8,717 nucleotides of DNA from Octopus sinensis. Lineage: Eukaryota. Positions 7,217 through 8,717 of the stretch are shown here, in pieces (position 1 is the first letter of the stretch; every line of letters starts with the position of its first letter). A program made the position numbers and the translations under genes. The notes under the pieces were generated by a model that was not told the origin of the DNA, did no database searches, and saw only the letters and a list, made by a program, of their open reading frames with translations. Where the stretch lies: positions 1 to 8,717 of the forward strand of contig NW_021828358.1 of assembly GCF_006345805.1 (NCBI RefSeq), given 5' to 3'.

Positions 7217-7736
7217 AATTCCGCCGAGGTTAACTTTGCCTTTCATCCTTTCGGGGTCGATTAAATAAGTACCAGTTACGCACTGGGGTCGATATAATCG
7301 ACTTAATCCGTGTGTCTGTCCTTGTTTGTCCTCTCTGTGTTTAGCCCCCTGTGGGTAGTAAAGAAATAGGTATTTCGTCTGTCGCTACGTTCTGAGTTCA
7401 AATTCCGCCGAGGTCGACTTTGCCTGTCATCCTTTCGGGGTCGATTAAATAAGTACCAGTTACGCACTGGGGTCGATATAATCGACTTAATCCGTGTGTC
7501 TGTCCTTGTTTGTCCCCTCTGTGTTTAGCCCCCTGTGGGTAGTAAAGAAATAGGTATTTCGTCCGTCGCTACGTTCTGAGTTCAAATTCCGCCGAGGTCG
7601 ACTTTGCCTTTCATCCTTTCGGGGTCGATTAAATAAGTACCAGTTACGCACTGGGGTCGATATAATCAACTTAATCCGTGTGTCTGTCCTTGTTTGTCCT
7701 CTCTGTGTTTAGCCCCTTGTGGGTAGTAAAGAAATA
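7217..7736 (+). mobile_element. head-to-tail trimer of a family B SINE (tail type 4), 184-bp period, A box absent
   Basis: Units are 7217-7368 (5'-truncated), 7369-7552 and 7553-7736. Units 2 and 3 differ at 5/184 positions and contain B box GAGTTCAAATTCC. The array is flanked by GGTACTT at 7210-7216 and 7737-7743. Confidence 0.95.
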
Positions 7737-8020
7737 GGTACTTTTATTCACTGATTAGTGCCCAAGCCGCTTATTTTATGCATGGTCTATATATCTTGGA
7801 ATAAGTCATTTGATGACGACTTGGTTTGAAACTAATGGAAACACACCTCAGAAAAATGTATTAAAAAAACCCAAACAGACAATGATTTAGTTTAATAAGA
7901 TAGATCTGTTTCTTCCTATTCGGGAAAACGCTGGGTCATCGACCTGTCATTAACAATTGGGTTAATGGCCGGATCAGTTATCATATTACTATTACAAATA
8001 GTTTGTTTAACAATCGTCCT

Positions 8021-8305
8021 TGTTGCCAGTCCACTCGTGGTGGTTTTGTAGATTTCAAATTGGATCAAGCCGCGACCTCCTTGAGTTCTGAGAAGGCAAA
8101 GACTATCTTCATCTGCCTTTGTGTGGTGCATCTTATTGCAAGTCAGCAGCTTACGGATTTTTTCTGTCAATCTTCCTTATTTCGCTCATATTCCAGTTCA
8201 AGAGATTGAAACTGTAAATAACAACCGAAACAACTCGGATTTTAGGACTGCTCGAACTCTCCTGTAGCATTCCTTCCTGATCTTCTCTTTCATGCTTGCA
8301 TTACC
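8021..8305 (-). pseudogene. Dong/R4-clade non-LTR retrotransposon fragment: C-terminal part of RT/thumb
   Basis: Three frames: GNASMKEKIRKECYRRVRAVLKSEL / VVIYSFNLLNWNMSEIRKIDRK / IRKLLTCNKMHHTKADEDSLCLLRTQGGRGLIQFEIYKTTTSGLAT. This matches the family pattern ..YSF..xNW....IDRKxRKLLT....HPKADxDRLYxxRxxGGRGL. Confidence 0.88.
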
Positions 8306-8340
8306 ATGATTTCTGTATCACAACACGGTTTTATCTCATA

Positions 8341-8672
8341 CTAGCAGTATCGCCCGGCGTTGCTCGGGTTTCTAAGGGAAATAACTATATAGGCATTTTT
8401 AGAGTTATAGCCAAAAAATAGCAAAAAAATGCATTAAACATGGAAAAAAAATGATGATAAATTTTTTTTTAAATCGTTGACTCATCGTAGACATTTTTAG
8501 AGAGTTACTTCCCTAGACTCATCGTAGACGCGCGCTAATACCCAGAAGGGCTGGATATGAATCACGACTATAAGATACCCACTTTTGGTTACACTGCACC
8601 GCAAAATGTGGGAGTTGTTAGGAATCTAAATGGTAGGAGACAGACACACAACTTCACTTTTATATATAAAGA
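8341..8672 (-). mobile_element. complete non-autonomous Helitron (332 bp)
   Basis: Minus strand: host A | TCTTTATATATAAAAG ... CCCGAGCAACGCCGGG hairpin (8353-8368), 8 nt, CTAG | host T. This is the canonical 5'-TC, 3'-hairpin+CTRR, A|T insertion with no TSD. Confidence 0.9.
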
Positions 8673-8717
8673 TATAATTCTCCCCCTTCTCTTGCTTGAT
8701 AAAGCAATGCGTGCGAA

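Noticed and set aside
7217-7740. CRISPR-like or satellite array
   Set aside because: There are no unique spacers; whole units are near-identical and homologous to dispersed SINEs in the same window.

Overview
Eukaryotic, AT-rich, repeat-saturated DNA. The mix of tRNA-derived SINEs, Dong/R4-type LINE remnants, a mariner remnant, a small Helitron, a MITE and long (CA)n/(TCTA)n/(ATT)n microsatellites resembles an octopod cephalopod (Octopus-like) genome; this is an inference from recalled repeat families, not a search. The window appears to be mostly intronic sequence of a + strand protein-coding gene: two short candidate exons (2601-2686 and 6782-6851) have good splice sites, each has only one open frame, and their phases join to give ILKLSECKRINFKTFCILSALSEKVTQL-E-PFIQNLVDRSNYTAFDIKLNRSK (gene not recognised). 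The long ORFs in the supplied track are mostly microsatellite artefacts. The most interesting observations are: a 237-bp tandem duplication with a ribozyme-like structured core; a trimeric head-to-tail SINE concatemer bounded by one 7-bp target-site duplication; one SINE core carrying four different 3' tails; and repeated insertion of elements into (TAA)n/(TTG)n microsatellites, one of which directly abuts a splice acceptor.
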